Shown one piece after another: positions 6,829-17,426 of a DNA stretch of 64,000 nt (its first letter is position 1; each line of letters starts with the position of its first letter). The stretch is taken from contig JAYZEG010000010.1 of NCBI GenBank assembly GCA_036337435.1, positions 52,493 through 116,492 of the forward strand, in the 5' to 3' direction. The position numbers and the translations under genes were made by a program. Under the pieces are notes generated by a model. The model made no database searches. It worked only from the letters and a program-made list of their open reading frames with translations, and was not told the origin of the DNA. The DNA comes from Myxococcota bacterium (GTDB lineage Bacteria > Myxococcota_A > Bradymonadia > UBA7976 > UBA1532).

Positions 6829-9276
6829 ATGAAACGATACGTACTCTTCCTTTTGACAACCGCCCTCATCACCGGGTGCATCGAATCACGGACATCCTCG
6901 GTCGACCCTGGAGAGAGTGCCGACTCGGCGACAACGGATACAGGTGGAGACGGTCAAGACGGCGCATCCAATATGCCCGTTGATGCGAGTGTGGACGCCG
7001 TGCCAACAAATGGCTGCGAGATAGAGGCCGATTGCCCTGCCGGGTCTGATTGCGTAGACGGACAGTGTACGGACCCTGAATGTCTAGATGACGACCAATG
7101 CACAGCCTTCGTTCAGGGCTGTGTCGAAGGCGCTTGTCGGGACAGATGCGTTGGACCCGGCACGTGTTTTAGGGGGGGACAATGTCAAGATGGCTTCTGC
7201 CTTCCGCCTGAATGCGAGTCGGACGCCGCATGTGATGAGAACCGATTTTGCCGCGATGGACGTTGCGTCGATATCGCCAGCTGTGAGGCCGATTCGGAAT
7301 GTGGTCCCGATGAGCGTTGCGTCGAGAATTTATGTGAGGCTCTTCCTGACTGTGTTGGCGACAGAGAATGTGCCGAGAATGCCATTTGTGAAAGCGGTCG
7401 TTGTCGCCCTCAGAGCGCATGTTCGTCAGACAATGACTGTGAGGGGGACGAGGATTGCGTAGGCGGCCGTTGCGTTCCGACGGTCTGCCGGGGCGCCAGC
7501 GATTGCGCCCCGGACCAAGCGTGCTGGGACGGCCGTTGCGTGGACAACACGATCCTCGAAATTGAAACCATTGCGATTACCAACTACCCGCGTGTCATCA
7601 GGGTTAATGCAGCTCCCTCGGCCTTGAATGCCGTCGCGCTCGACATACGCGGCGATGTGGTTCCAATCGCAGCAGAACGATTTTCATGGCGCTCGAACGA
7701 TGAGGCCGTGCTTTCGTTCAATGACCGGGGTCTGCTCCGTCCAGTCCAAGTTGGCACAGCTGAGGTGGTCGCCTCGTTCACTCTTAACTCTGGTGATGTC
7801 GTCGACAGTCCGCCTGTATCTATTCGAGTGATTCCGAGCCGAATGGACGAAGTCCAACCGGATCAGATGACCCTCCGCATTGTGGATGCCGACGACGGGC
7901 GCTCGGTAGGTGGGTCCGTGATTGTCTACGGTGATCAAGAGGTGACGGTGGATGAGACGGGTGTCGCAATACTTGACGTCATCGAAGACGTCATCCCGAT
8001 GCACGTGTTCTCTAACGATCATGATTATTTCACCGTGGTCGCGACACTTGAGAGTGATTCGTACGTGATTCCTTTACGCCGTCGAAGCTCTAATTCACGC
8101 ATCGCCGGTATGTCCGGAGCTGTAGACTTCAGCGATATTCAAACCGAGGGAGGCGTCGATATCAGTCTTTCGGGGCCTTCCGTAGGTCAGCGGATGTCTG
8201 ACCTGTCGTTCAATAGCTTGCTCGGCCCCACTTTCAATGTCGCCATCAATGCGGGACCCGCCAGTTTCGACATCCCAATCCCAAGTGGTGTGACGTTAGC
8301 CGCCGATGTACCGATCATCGGTCGAATCGAAGCCAAAAGTGATTTCTACGGAACGACAGAGCCAGGCATCCGACTGGCCTGGTCACTGGCTGGTCGAATA
8401 GATATTGGCCGACTCACTCAACTGGCACAAGGAGGTGACGGAGGTGCTGTGGGACAAGTCCTCGCGGCGATTCTTCCGTATTTTGAGACGTTTCAGCATG
8501 GACTGAGGGTCGGAGAGCGATTGGTCGCACTCCCCCAAGTCCCCGACGAAAATGATCTCGATGGTGATGGTGACGTCAATGAACTTAGACCGGATTATGA
8601 CCGATTCCCCGTGCTCAATATCCGGCCAAACCAGGCTCAAGACCTGCGGTTGACCATCGATGTCAGTAACATATTTGTCCCTGAAGACCTATTGATCGTC
8701 TTTTCTGGTGTCACACTGCCAGGCATTGGTTTTGTGCCGTTGGGTGTGACGGCGGCGGACGAACCGGGGGAATACCCGGCCCGGATGGCCGCACCGTATG
8801 GTGGTCTGGAAGTGGGTATCCCGACATTTGTTGGCTTGTCTGCTCGTTTCGGCGATGGCCAGACCTTACCTGAGTCTCTGACAATTCATGTCCAGCGCAG
8901 TGACGATTTGAGGATTCCCAATCAGGTGGCCTTTGCGGCAGCACCCGTAACACGCCCTGAGATTGCAGAATGGAACAGCGTCATGCGCTCATTCGACGGT
9001 GCAGGTTCAGACGCATCGGATGCACACCGACTCGTACTCTTCGGTCCGGACGGTCGATGGGATGTTTACTTTGGTCCAAACGCCGATACTCAAATTAACC
9101 TGCCCTTTCCACCCGACGGGTACGATGACCTCGCCGCTGGCCCGGAACGACGCTTCGAGGCTCTCCAGTTCTCTGAAGACGTCCAACAAACGCTCAGTGA
9201 ACTGTTCCGATTCGAAGGCAGAGGCATCAGTCAACTCGACGATCTACTGAGAACGATTGGCAAGCGGACACTCTAA
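6829..9276 (+). CDS. Large surface lipoprotein: Cys-rich CxxDxxCxxxxxCxxGxC repeats, Ig-like (Big_2-type) domain, uncharacterised C-terminal region
   Basis: Lipobox ITGC; about eight short Cys repeats; WRSNDEAV...GTAEVVA Ig-like motif. Confidence 0.85.
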   Translation: MKRYVLFLLTTALITGCIESRTSSVDPGESADSATTDTGGDGQDGASNMPVDASVDAVPTNGCEIEADCPAGSDCVDGQCTDPECLDDDQCTAFVQGCVEGACRDRCVGPGTCFRGGQCQDGFCLPPECESDAACDENRFCRDGRCVDIASCEADSECGPDERCVENLCEALPDCVGDRECAENAICESGRCRPQSACSSDNDCEGDEDCVGGRCVPTVCRGASDCAPDQACWDGRCVDNTILEIETIAITNYPRVIRVNAAPSALNAVALDIRGDVVPIAAERFSWRSNDEAVLSFNDRGLLRPVQVGTAEVVASFTLNSGDVVDSPPVSIRVIPSRMDEVQPDQMTLRIVDADDGRSVGGSVIVYGDQEVTVDETGVAILDVIEDVIPMHVFSNDHDYFTVVATLESDSYVIPLRRRSSNSRIAGMSGAVDFSDIQTEGGVDISLSGPSVGQRMSDLSFNSLLGPTFNVAINAGPASFDIPIPSGVTLAADVPIIGRIEAKSDFYGTTEPGIRLAWSLAGRIDIGRLTQLAQGGDGGAVGQVLAAILPYFETFQHGLRVGERLVALPQVPDENDLDGDGDVNELRPDYDRFPVLNIRPNQAQDLRLTIDVSNIFVPEDLLIVFSGVTLPGIGFVPLGVTAADEPGEYPARMAAPYGGLEVGIPTFVGLSARFGDGQTLPESLTIHVQRSDDLRIPNQVAFAAAPVTRPEIAEWNSVMRSFDGAGSDASDAHRLVLFGPDGRWDVYFGPNADTQINLPFPPDGYDDLAAGPERRFEALQFSEDVQQTLSELFRFEGRGISQLDDLLRTIGKRTL

Positions 9277-9346
9277 CGCAGCTGCGCAGTCCCGTGCGTC
9301 ATCAAACCGCAAATCGGCGTTCTTCTGCTCGGGTTCTTGATTTAAG

Positions 9347-10243
9347 TCAACTCAGTTTCTGGTCGGCCATCCGCAATGCTGTTGCAGCATTCGCCAGGGA
9401 GGCTACGGCCTCTGGCCAATGTTCGTCGACAAGGGCAGACCATGCACGACTTACGTTTCTTTCACCCGCTGAGAACGGACCGAAAGCCTCGGCAAAAGCG
9501 GCTAAACCGATTTCAGCTTGCAGTCTGTATCTTGCGTCCACGATGGGCTGAAAATGAGAGAGCGCAAGACGCTCAATCTCTTGCCTGATCTCGTCAGCAC
9601 AGGCGATTGTTGGCGATTGATTCTCCTTGACCCGCTCGGCTAAGCCGCCGACTTGTTCGGCTACCTCGGTTACCATTACGCGGACATTGACTGCGCTGAT
9701 CGAACCCGAACCGGACTCGGTGCCCGATCCAGTTAATTCTGCTTTTTTAACACGTCGGGCGATCAGCGCGCCGATTACGATGAAAAATAATCCAGCACCG
9801 AAGCCCGCACCACTGTCTGTGACCCAAGAGGCCAATCTAAGGTTCGGTCCTGGTTTTTCTAGAAAAGCGATTTTAGTTTTCTGTGCTAAGGCCGACCGCC
9901 TTGCATCTAGCCAACTGCGGCGGAGGGCATCTAATTTGGCATCACTGTGTCGCTTGAGAGATGCGACGTATTCGTCATGCTGAGCGATCAATGCAGTTAA
10001 ATAAGCGGATTGGGACGTGTAGTCCTTGGTGAGTGGGTCGGCAGGTATTTTATGGCTGGACGCATCTTTTCCCTCTGCGTTTTTAAGTGCCACCTCATAT
10101 TTTGATTTGAGCGTGGACAACTCGTAACTCAGAAGTTGACCCTGTTCTTTTTTCATCTCATACATCGGCTGACTCAATTGAGCCCCGAATGCGGCACATA
10201 AACCAACGCCGATAGCGAAAAGACCTGTCCCTAAATGCTTCAT
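9347..10243 (-). CDS. Hypothetical membrane protein directly downstream of the OPT transporter
   Basis: N-terminal hydrophobic segment, a second TM, helical C-terminal domain; AGGAG RBS overlaps the OPT stop codon. Confidence 0.8.
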   Translation of the reverse strand: MKHLGTGLFAIGVGLCAAFGAQLSQPMYEMKKEQGQLLSYELSTLKSKYEVALKNAEGKDASSHKIPADPLTKDYTSQSAYLTALIAQHDEYVASLKRHSDAKLDALRRSWLDARRSALAQKTKIAFLEKPGPNLRLASWVTDSGAGFGAGLFFIVIGALIARRVKKAELTGSGTESGSGSISAVNVRVMVTEVAEQVGGLAERVKENQSPTIACADEIRQEIERLALSHFQPIVDARYRLQAEIGLAAFAEAFGPFSAGERNVSRAWSALVDEHWPEAVASLANAATALRMADQKLS

Positions 10244-10252
10244 CAAGAACTC

Positions 10253-12013
10253 CTAAGCAGCCGTGAGGCCCATGATCATGGCGGCAACGAGATTGGTCAC
10301 GGCCTCTCCGATAATAAATCCAGCAGCGATGGGGACGAGCGTAGAGCCAATCCATTCTTGGCCTTTTGTCCGGGTGAGGTAAATGGAGCCCAAGCAGCCG
10401 ATGCCGTAGGTAAGCGTAATTGAAAACGGCAGATACATCGCAAGTCCGATCAAAACCCCCAGACCGGGTACAGGGAAAAGGCCGAGGCCTAAACCGATGG
10501 CAGCACCACCCAAATATTTATCCAAGGGAGCAGCGCCTTCACCAAGACTCTTGATCACCTGCGCAAGTGCGTCCCCTTGAGGTGCACTGAGCTCCGGATT
10601 GATGTCGGAACCGAAGCCGACACTGTTCCAGAGAAAAAATAACACGCCGACGGCCACCGGAACACCAAGCCAACCTACCGCAAATTGAGCCAGCTGCTGT
10701 TTTCGAGGTTGGGCCCCGACCAAATGTCCGGCTTTCAAATCGCCCATCATGTCGGCACATTGCCCAATACCGACACAAACCGCGACACCGAGAATAATGG
10801 CCGAGACGGCATTGCCTCCGGACATAAAGAACATCAAGGTGACACCGATGAGTGACATGCCCGAGAGAGGGGATATATCGGTCATGCCCGTGGCCTGAGC
10901 AACGATTAAACCCGCGAGGGCGAGCCAAATTGTCCCGACAACGGCAATACCGATTCCCTGACCGACAGTGATATCGGGACTCGATGTCATCGCGGCAAAA
11001 TAGAGGATAACAACCGACCCAATCATGCCCGCATAAAGAACACGACTGCTGAGTTCTTCACTTCCCCCCTGACCCCCTGCTTTTGCGGCCTGTGACAAAC
11101 TCTTGATGGCACTCTTCAATGCAGGAAAACTGGCCACCACACCTGCAAATGCACCGCCAATGAGCACGCCGATGCCCAGTGGTCGAAGCATCTCACCGTA
11201 TAAAACTTGATTGCTCCACGCCTCATGCCCAGCCCAATCTGGGGCGGTGAGGGCGGCTTGACTTGGAACCCAGCCGAGTCCGATGGCAATGGGACTGATA
11301 AGCCACCACGCGAGAACGCCACCGAAGACAAAAGGCAGGCCACCAGAACCAGATAGAAGGCCAGCTCCGAGGCTTGCAAAACTCACATACACGACCAACG
11401 GGATTGACATAGGAAGCCCAAGTGGCCCCCCGATATCGATTTCATCAGGTAGCATTTTCACGTTGCATAGAATATGAATCGTGGTCGCCAGAACAACGCC
11501 AATGGCCAGCATTTTTGCTTGGTGAATGCCCGCACCAGGCGACTTCAGTAACGTACCTACAGCAACGCCACTTGGAAATTTGAGACGCTCGAATTCAATC
11601 ATTTGTTTCCGCAGCGGAATAATCACCGCCACACCCAGAAAGGAACCGCCTATCGCTGCAAGAATGGCGGGCAGAGCCTCGACGGAAATACGTGTATCGG
11701 TCGCACTGAGTAAGAACAAAGCTGGCAGAGTGAACACGATGCCCGCAGACGCAGTATTAACCCCAGATGCGACGGTCTGATTGATGTTGTTCTCAATAAT
11801 GGTCCCTTTTTTTAGGACACCGCGAAGTAACCCAAACCCGAGAATCGCCGCAACCGTCGAGCCCCCCATCGTAAACCCGAGTTTGAGACCGATATAGACG
11901 AATGCACAGGTCATCACAACGCCGATCAAAGCACCAACCAGTAGAGCCTCGATGGTAAACTCGCGATAGGGCTCTCGGTCGAGAGATAGTTTACGGCTTG
12001 TAGAATCTGACAT
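10253..12013 (-). CDS. OPT/YSL-family oligopeptide transporter
   Basis: REFTIEA, YIGLKLG, ENNINQTVASG, IPLRKQMI...LKFPSG, DLKAGHLVGA, APQG motifs; ATG at 12013 after AAAGGA. Confidence 0.92.
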   Translation of the reverse strand: MSDSTSRKLSLDREPYREFTIEALLVGALIGVVMTCAFVYIGLKLGFTMGGSTVAAILGFGLLRGVLKKGTIIENNINQTVASGVNTASAGIVFTLPALFLLSATDTRISVEALPAILAAIGGSFLGVAVIIPLRKQMIEFERLKFPSGVAVGTLLKSPGAGIHQAKMLAIGVVLATTIHILCNVKMLPDEIDIGGPLGLPMSIPLVVYVSFASLGAGLLSGSGGLPFVFGGVLAWWLISPIAIGLGWVPSQAALTAPDWAGHEAWSNQVLYGEMLRPLGIGVLIGGAFAGVVASFPALKSAIKSLSQAAKAGGQGGSEELSSRVLYAGMIGSVVILYFAAMTSSPDITVGQGIGIAVVGTIWLALAGLIVAQATGMTDISPLSGMSLIGVTLMFFMSGGNAVSAIILGVAVCVGIGQCADMMGDLKAGHLVGAQPRKQQLAQFAVGWLGVPVAVGVLFFLWNSVGFGSDINPELSAPQGDALAQVIKSLGEGAAPLDKYLGGAAIGLGLGLFPVPGLGVLIGLAMYLPFSITLTYGIGCLGSIYLTRTKGQEWIGSTLVPIAAGFIIGEAVTNLVAAMIMGLTAA

Positions 12014-12506
12014 GCGTAAAGTGTCCTTTGGAACTGGCAAAATGGATTGATTGGGCTTAGCCGATAGAGAATTGAAACGCAATGACCGACTCCACCAAAA
12101 CGTGCCAACATGAATGGATTGAGTGTTCAAGAGCCGAGACCCAATCTGACTGGCGGATACAGGTCGGCGAGCATGATGATAAACCAGCCCGTCCATCAAC
12201 CCTCGGGTTCATCTAGTGGCCTCTTGCACAGAAATCTACAACTCCGTAACGTGTAGCCTAGACGAGAATGTTCGGCCGGTAAGGTGCATCCTTGGTGAAT
12301 CGGCTGGACGGACCAAATCACGAGATGGGCGAACGCTCTGCAGATGACATTTGTAGACGAAAAACTCGATAGCTGAGTCGAGAAAGTAAGGATTGAGTGA
12401 GGGTGGCAAACTGCTCGTTCGACCCGACTTGGCACATCTCTGTCAATGACATCAGGGAGTATTCGATGGCGTTGAATCAGCGTAGACAGCGGCTTGGGAT
12501 AGATGC

Positions 12507-12908
12507 ATGGTTACACCACACGACATAAACGAAATGCTGAAAGAGATTTGGCCAGATACACCTGTTTTATGCGAAGAGGTCGAGGCGACTCAGGCACTGG
12601 CAGTTTGGCCTGTTTCCAAAGCCGAATTGCGCCCAGGCGGCACCATTTCAGGCCCGACCATTTTCGGGTGTGCCGATTCTGCATTTTGGTTTCTCATTAA
12701 TGGGGTCCTGGGTCACATTGACCCGACCGCGGTGACTCAAGAACTGTCCATTCGCTTCCTACGCCCTGCCCGCGGGCCTCGACTCTATGGACGGGCTAAA
12801 CTTGAACGGCGCGGCCGAACTTCGGTCGTAGCAACCGTCTATGTCTGGGTCGATGATGAATCAAAGCCGTGCGCAATTGCTCAGGGCACCTATCAGCTCC
12901 GCTCTTGA
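12507..12908 (+). CDS. PaaI-family (hotdog) thioesterase
   Basis: LRPGGTISGP...AD, AVTQELSIRFLRPA. Confidence 0.88.
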   Translation: MVTPHDINEMLKEIWPDTPVLCEEVEATQALAVWPVSKAELRPGGTISGPTIFGCADSAFWFLINGVLGHIDPTAVTQELSIRFLRPARGPRLYGRAKLERRGRTSVVATVYVWVDDESKPCAIAQGTYQLRS

Positions 12909-13050
12909 ATAATCGAACTTGAGACGCTACATGGTGCTCGAAAGAACCAGCGCACGTCTGATGTTCTCCTCGGCGGCACAGAAGACTGTTTCGCTGCGCA
13001 TAACGGTCAGCGTGAGACAGCTTGAGACCATGTTCGATGATGGGTAAACC

Positions 13051-13668
13051 ATGAAACAAAAGCATTTTATCGACAGTCATAAAGGCGCGACGCCCATCGC
13101 CATCTTGGTTTTGATGTCCATCTATGACAATTGGCAGAACACAACAGCTTGGGTCTATTTCGCAACCCACGGTACCTACGGAATCCTGTGGGTTCTTAAA
13201 AGCAAGACTTTTGGCGATCGACAATGGGAAAGTCCATGTGGCCTTCCATACGGACTGTTTATTTGGGCGGGCCTGACATTGTACTGGATCGCGCCTTGGT
13301 TGATCATCGCGGGCAATATTGAAGCACCGGCCTGGTGGCTTGGCAGTGCCACCATGATTTATGTAATCGGTGTGTTTTATCACTTCGTGTCAGACATGCA
13401 AAAACACGTGACCCTGTCCCTTAAAAAAGGGCTTATCACAGACGGGCTCTGGTCTCGCAGTCGAAACCCGAACTACTTCGGTGAGCTTCTCATCTATGCG
13501 GGCTTTAGCAGTCTGGCCATGCATTGGATTCCCATGGCCGTCCTGTGCTTATTCGTCGGCGTAATTTGGATTCCCAACATGATCAAAAAAGACCGCTCAC
13601 TGTCCCGATATCCTGATTTTGAATCCTACAAAAAACGCTCGGGCTGGATGTTTCCTAAATTTTTCTGA
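13051..13668 (+). CDS. DUF1295 / steroid 5-alpha-reductase-like membrane protein
   Basis: DMQK...LITDGLWSRSRNPNYFGE motif; multiple TMs. Confidence 0.85.
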   Translation: MKQKHFIDSHKGATPIAILVLMSIYDNWQNTTAWVYFATHGTYGILWVLKSKTFGDRQWESPCGLPYGLFIWAGLTLYWIAPWLIIAGNIEAPAWWLGSATMIYVIGVFYHFVSDMQKHVTLSLKKGLITDGLWSRSRNPNYFGELLIYAGFSSLAMHWIPMAVLCLFVGVIWIPNMIKKDRSLSRYPDFESYKKRSGWMFPKFF

Positions 13669-13676
13669 GACCGGTC

Positions 13677-14306
13677 TCAGAAAGGCCGCTGCCAAAGACT
13701 GGCCAGCCAAGGTTGCTGCTCGACGGGCAGGCCAGCCGGCCTGAGATAATGACTAAGATACATGAACCCGACAGATTCTAGGCTCGCTCTCCAATGGTCC
13801 AAATCGTAGTAAGCACCGTATCTATCTCCGTTCCAACCCTCGACATTTTGTCCACGCGGATTCGAACTGAAAAGCACACCTCCAGGCTTTAAAGCAGCCA
13901 ACAATTCACCCATGACCCTGCCTAATTCCTGGCTCGGAATGTGGAACAAGCTTGCGTTTGCAAAAATCCCATCAAAGGACGCAGGGGGTAGATCCAGTGC
14001 CACGAAATCTTGGTGCAGTACCGAACAGCCGCTGAGGCTCCGCGCCATGTCACAGAAGCGGACTGCCCCATCTAACCCAACAGCCTCGTGACCCAGCGCA
14101 GAGAAGGTCAAAAGATCTCGACCCGGCCCGCATCCAAAGTCCAGTATTCGGAGGGGGCTGACATCGCCGAGACGACTCAGCAATGCGTTTATGTTTTGTG
14201 AAACGTCGTGATCTTTTGTTCCAATCCAAAAGTCTTCGGCGTTCGAATTGTAGTGGCCACACGTTGACTGAGTGATGTCAAGTAATGCCTGTTCGTCAAG
14301 AGTCAT
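13677..14306 (-). CDS. Class I SAM-dependent methyltransferase
   Basis: ILDFGCGPGRD, FDGIFANASLFH. Confidence 0.92.
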   Translation of the reverse strand: MTLDEQALLDITQSTCGHYNSNAEDFWIGTKDHDVSQNINALLSRLGDVSPLRILDFGCGPGRDLLTFSALGHEAVGLDGAVRFCDMARSLSGCSVLHQDFVALDLPPASFDGIFANASLFHIPSQELGRVMGELLAALKPGGVLFSSNPRGQNVEGWNGDRYGAYYDLDHWRASLESVGFMYLSHYLRPAGLPVEQQPWLASLWQRPF

Positions 14307-14327
14307 GGCAAAACATTAAGCCATCCT

Positions 14328-15794
14328 TTAGTTGGAATCATCTACAGATAAAGGCCCCAAATAGTCACCCTGTGCATCATACAAGAAAATCGGGAGCCCA
14401 AAGGTTTTCAACCCATCCAATATTTTCGCCTTGTCACCGGCAACAATGATTTGAAACTGCTCGGCAACTGCGTGTTTCTGAGCAGCGTCGCGCGCCATAC
14501 TCAGGGAGACTTGAGCCACCTTCTTCATGCGACTATGATACCAGTCGAGTCCTCGTTTCTTAGCGACCAGACCACCTAATTCGCCAGCCACATTTCCCAT
14601 CCGTTCGAACCGTCCGGGAATCCCCTTGATCATACTGCTCTTCGCGCTCTCGACTTCATCCGCGGTGATTGGCTTATCGCCAGAAACCAGTCTGATTTCT
14701 TTGAGAATTTCATCAATGCTTGCTTTCGTTGTCTCACCTTTCACCTTGGCATAGATCAAATAGGCACCATCATCCAAAAGCCTCATGAACGCCCCTCGAG
14801 CACCGTAGGTATAGCCTTTGTCTTCTCTCAGGTTCATGTTGACCCGCGCCGTGAATGCACCGGCAAAAGCTTTGTTGAAGACCTCGCTCTGAAAATAGTC
14901 GGGTGCTTTGGCACCCTCTGCCTGTCTAATGGCGATGACCATAGACTGCGATGAGCCAGGAAAATCGACGAGCCGAATCCCCACATTTGAAGGCTTCGTG
15001 GATGGCTCAATGGGACTCTCAACTTGGCGACCGGTCCATTGTCCGAGATTGTTCTCTAAGGCGGCTTCCAGTGCTGTCCTCTCGCAATCACCGACGACCA
15101 CTACGGTTGCACCGTTGGGTTTAATGAGTTTTTCATATTGGAGTTGGACGTCCTTCCGAGTGACCTGTGCAAGTGTTTTGCGGACGCCATTGGGTGAATA
15201 GGCACCGTAGCCTGACCCGTTCATCACCCGCCTCGCAACAACGAAGGCAACCGATGATGGATTAGATTCACTCGTCAGGGCCCGAGCATCTCGTTGCGCC
15301 TTGACACGATTGAAGTCGGTCTCAGCGAACCCAGGCTTGGTTAAAATCTTAGCCAAGAGCGATAAAGACGCGTCAAGTTTATCGGCCAGCAAAGACATCG
15401 AAAGGGTTGCCGAGTCGATATCCACCCTGACACTGTAGTCTGTGGCGAGTTGAGAAAATGCGTCTGATAACTCGAGAGCACTCAGGCCATCCGCGCCCTC
15501 ATCCAGCAGGTCGACCATTAAGGCCGTTGTGCCAGCGCGGCCACCAGGGTCTGTCGCCGATCCCTTCGGAAAAACCAACTGTATTGCGAGGAGCGGTGCT
15601 TGGGTTTGCCTGACGAACCAAACATTGAGTCCATTGCTGAGAGTCCATGTCTCGATCTCGGGCTGACTCCAAGGTGAGGCTGCCGCCGGCCCGGGCAGTT
15701 TAGAGCGGTCAGGCCCGCCTTGTTTTTGGACCTGACCACCGCCACAGCCTATGGCGAACATGAGGACCGTAAAAAAAGATATCGCCCACTTCAT
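14328..15794 (-). CDS. M16 (pitrilysin-family) peptidase, non-catalytic subunit, lipoprotein
   Basis: LSNGL, RVNMNLREDKGYTYG; no HxxEH; lipobox AIGC; ATGA overlap with the upstream stop. Confidence 0.9.
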   Translation of the reverse strand: MKWAISFFTVLMFAIGCGGGQVQKQGGPDRSKLPGPAAASPWSQPEIETWTLSNGLNVWFVRQTQAPLLAIQLVFPKGSATDPGGRAGTTALMVDLLDEGADGLSALELSDAFSQLATDYSVRVDIDSATLSMSLLADKLDASLSLLAKILTKPGFAETDFNRVKAQRDARALTSESNPSSVAFVVARRVMNGSGYGAYSPNGVRKTLAQVTRKDVQLQYEKLIKPNGATVVVVGDCERTALEAALENNLGQWTGRQVESPIEPSTKPSNVGIRLVDFPGSSQSMVIAIRQAEGAKAPDYFQSEVFNKAFAGAFTARVNMNLREDKGYTYGARGAFMRLLDDGAYLIYAKVKGETTKASIDEILKEIRLVSGDKPITADEVESAKSSMIKGIPGRFERMGNVAGELGGLVAKKRGLDWYHSRMKKVAQVSLSMARDAAQKHAVAEQFQIIVAGDKAKILDGLKTFGLPIFLYDAQGDYLGPLSVDDSN

Positions 15795-17200
15795 TTGGCC
15801 CCTCCTGTTGGCGCAGTCTTGGCTGGTTCCTCGACGGGCAACACATCGATTCGTAAATGCGGCTTTTGCAACCACAGGTTGGCCGCCTCAAATACCGTAT
15901 CTGCGGTGAGTTCAGTGTACCGAGCCAAATCGGTTCCAAGATAATCGGCCCGCCCCTTGATATGGTGGTATGTACTTAAAAGCTGGGCTCGTGACAGCAC
16001 GCTCTCGACCCGTCCGTAAAAGGACTTCTTGTACGCATTGATGGCCTTAGCCATTTCCTCAACGCTCGGTTTGGTTGCGAGGGCGTCACCAAGTGCTTTT
16101 TTTAATGCCCCTTTGAGATCCTCAATTGACGTCCCAGGCGCAGCGACTGCCTGCACGACAAAGAAACTGCCCAAGGCCATGGAGACCTGATACGCATTCA
16201 CTCGCGTCGCGATCTTTTGGTCAAAAACCAGTGGCTTGTACAAGCGGCTTGTCTTGCCAGCACTCAAAACCGAGGCCAAAATATCCATCTCTGAATCGCC
16301 CTTTGCGTACAAAGCCGGCGTATGCCAAGCCATGACGATCATGGGCAGTTTGACTTCATCCCTGTCTACGATGTGTTTGTTGGTCGCCAATGATGCGGGA
16401 GAATGTTTTGGCCACGGTGTACGCTTGCCCCTCGGCAAGTGACCGAAATATCGGCGAACCAAGGCTTTGGCCTGCTCCATTTCGAAATCACCCGCGATGG
16501 TCACGATGGCGTTGGTTGCTGAATAATGCTGCTTGAAAAACGATTTTACGTCGTCCAAGCTCGCTGCCGTCAGGTCCGCATGAGAGCCAATGGTCGGATG
16601 CCCATAGGGGTGTTTTTTTGGGTACAGCTGCTCATAGAGGTGTAACCAGACTCGGCCGTAGGGACGGTCTTCATAGGATTGTCGACGCTCATTTTTGACG
16701 ACATCTCTCTGGTTATCCAATTTCTTCATAGTCAACGCAGGCAGCAAATTTTCCATCCGATCGGATTCTAACCAGAGGGCGAGTTCCAGATACTCTTTCG
16801 GGACTCTTTCATAGTAATTGGTTCGGTCTACACTGGTCGTTCCATTAATGGCTGCGCCGATGGGTTGTAAGGGCTTGAAGTATTCATCGTTGTAATTCTG
16901 AGAACCCTGGAACATCAGATGTTCAAATAAATGCGCAAACCCACTTCGGCCGACTTTCTCATGAGCAGACCCCACCATGTACCGCACCTCAACAGCGACG
17001 ACAGGAAGCCGAGTATCTCGGCTGAGAAGTACGGTCAAACCATTATCTAGAACCCATGTTTCAACGTCCACCGTGGGTGGATTGGCCGTCTTGGATTGGG
17101 TGTTTGAAGGCACCTGCTCTGCCGTAGGTGTCCCGACATCGGCCTGACTTTGGAATGGCACAACGAAAGCAAGAGCGATAAAAACATGCAGCCGACTCAA
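15791..17200 (-). CDS. M16 zinc peptidase, catalytic subunit
   Basis: GFAHLFEHLMFQGS (HxxEH), NGTT..DRTNY, VVKNERR; signal peptide. Confidence 0.93.
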   Translation of the reverse strand: MSRLHVFIALAFVVPFQSQADVGTPTAEQVPSNTQSKTANPPTVDVETWVLDNGLTVLLSRDTRLPVVAVEVRYMVGSAHEKVGRSGFAHLFEHLMFQGSQNYNDEYFKPLQPIGAAINGTTSVDRTNYYERVPKEYLELALWLESDRMENLLPALTMKKLDNQRDVVKNERRQSYEDRPYGRVWLHLYEQLYPKKHPYGHPTIGSHADLTAASLDDVKSFFKQHYSATNAIVTIAGDFEMEQAKALVRRYFGHLPRGKRTPWPKHSPASLATNKHIVDRDEVKLPMIVMAWHTPALYAKGDSEMDILASVLSAGKTSRLYKPLVFDQKIATRVNAYQVSMALGSFFVVQAVAAPGTSIEDLKGALKKALGDALATKPSVEEMAKAINAYKKSFYGRVESVLSRAQLLSTYHHIKGRADYLGTDLARYTELTADTVFEAANLWLQKPHLRIDVLPVEEPAKTAPTGGAK

Positions 17201-17426
17201 AGCGTCTCCTTTGTATGAATTGGGTAAATGGCTGTTAGCCTAGTCCGCCAAAATCGTCAATCGATGTCAACATCAGCAGTTGTGGCTACAGAGCCGCCAG
17301 CGGGTTGATGATGTAGCCCGCCGAAAAGATGCAAGCGATGACCAACTGGATGTCTTTCTTTTGTTTTAAAAGCGCCGTTTCGCGCACGCGATGTCCACCA
17401 TCTTGTCAACCGGGCAAATAATGCCA

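Noticed and set aside
12014..12199. Long N-terminal extension of the OPT ORF (similar extensions at 36650, 38855, 43414, 15875, 19302)
   Set aside because: Downstream starts have a better RBS, signal peptide or domain boundary, so I trimmed the coordinates
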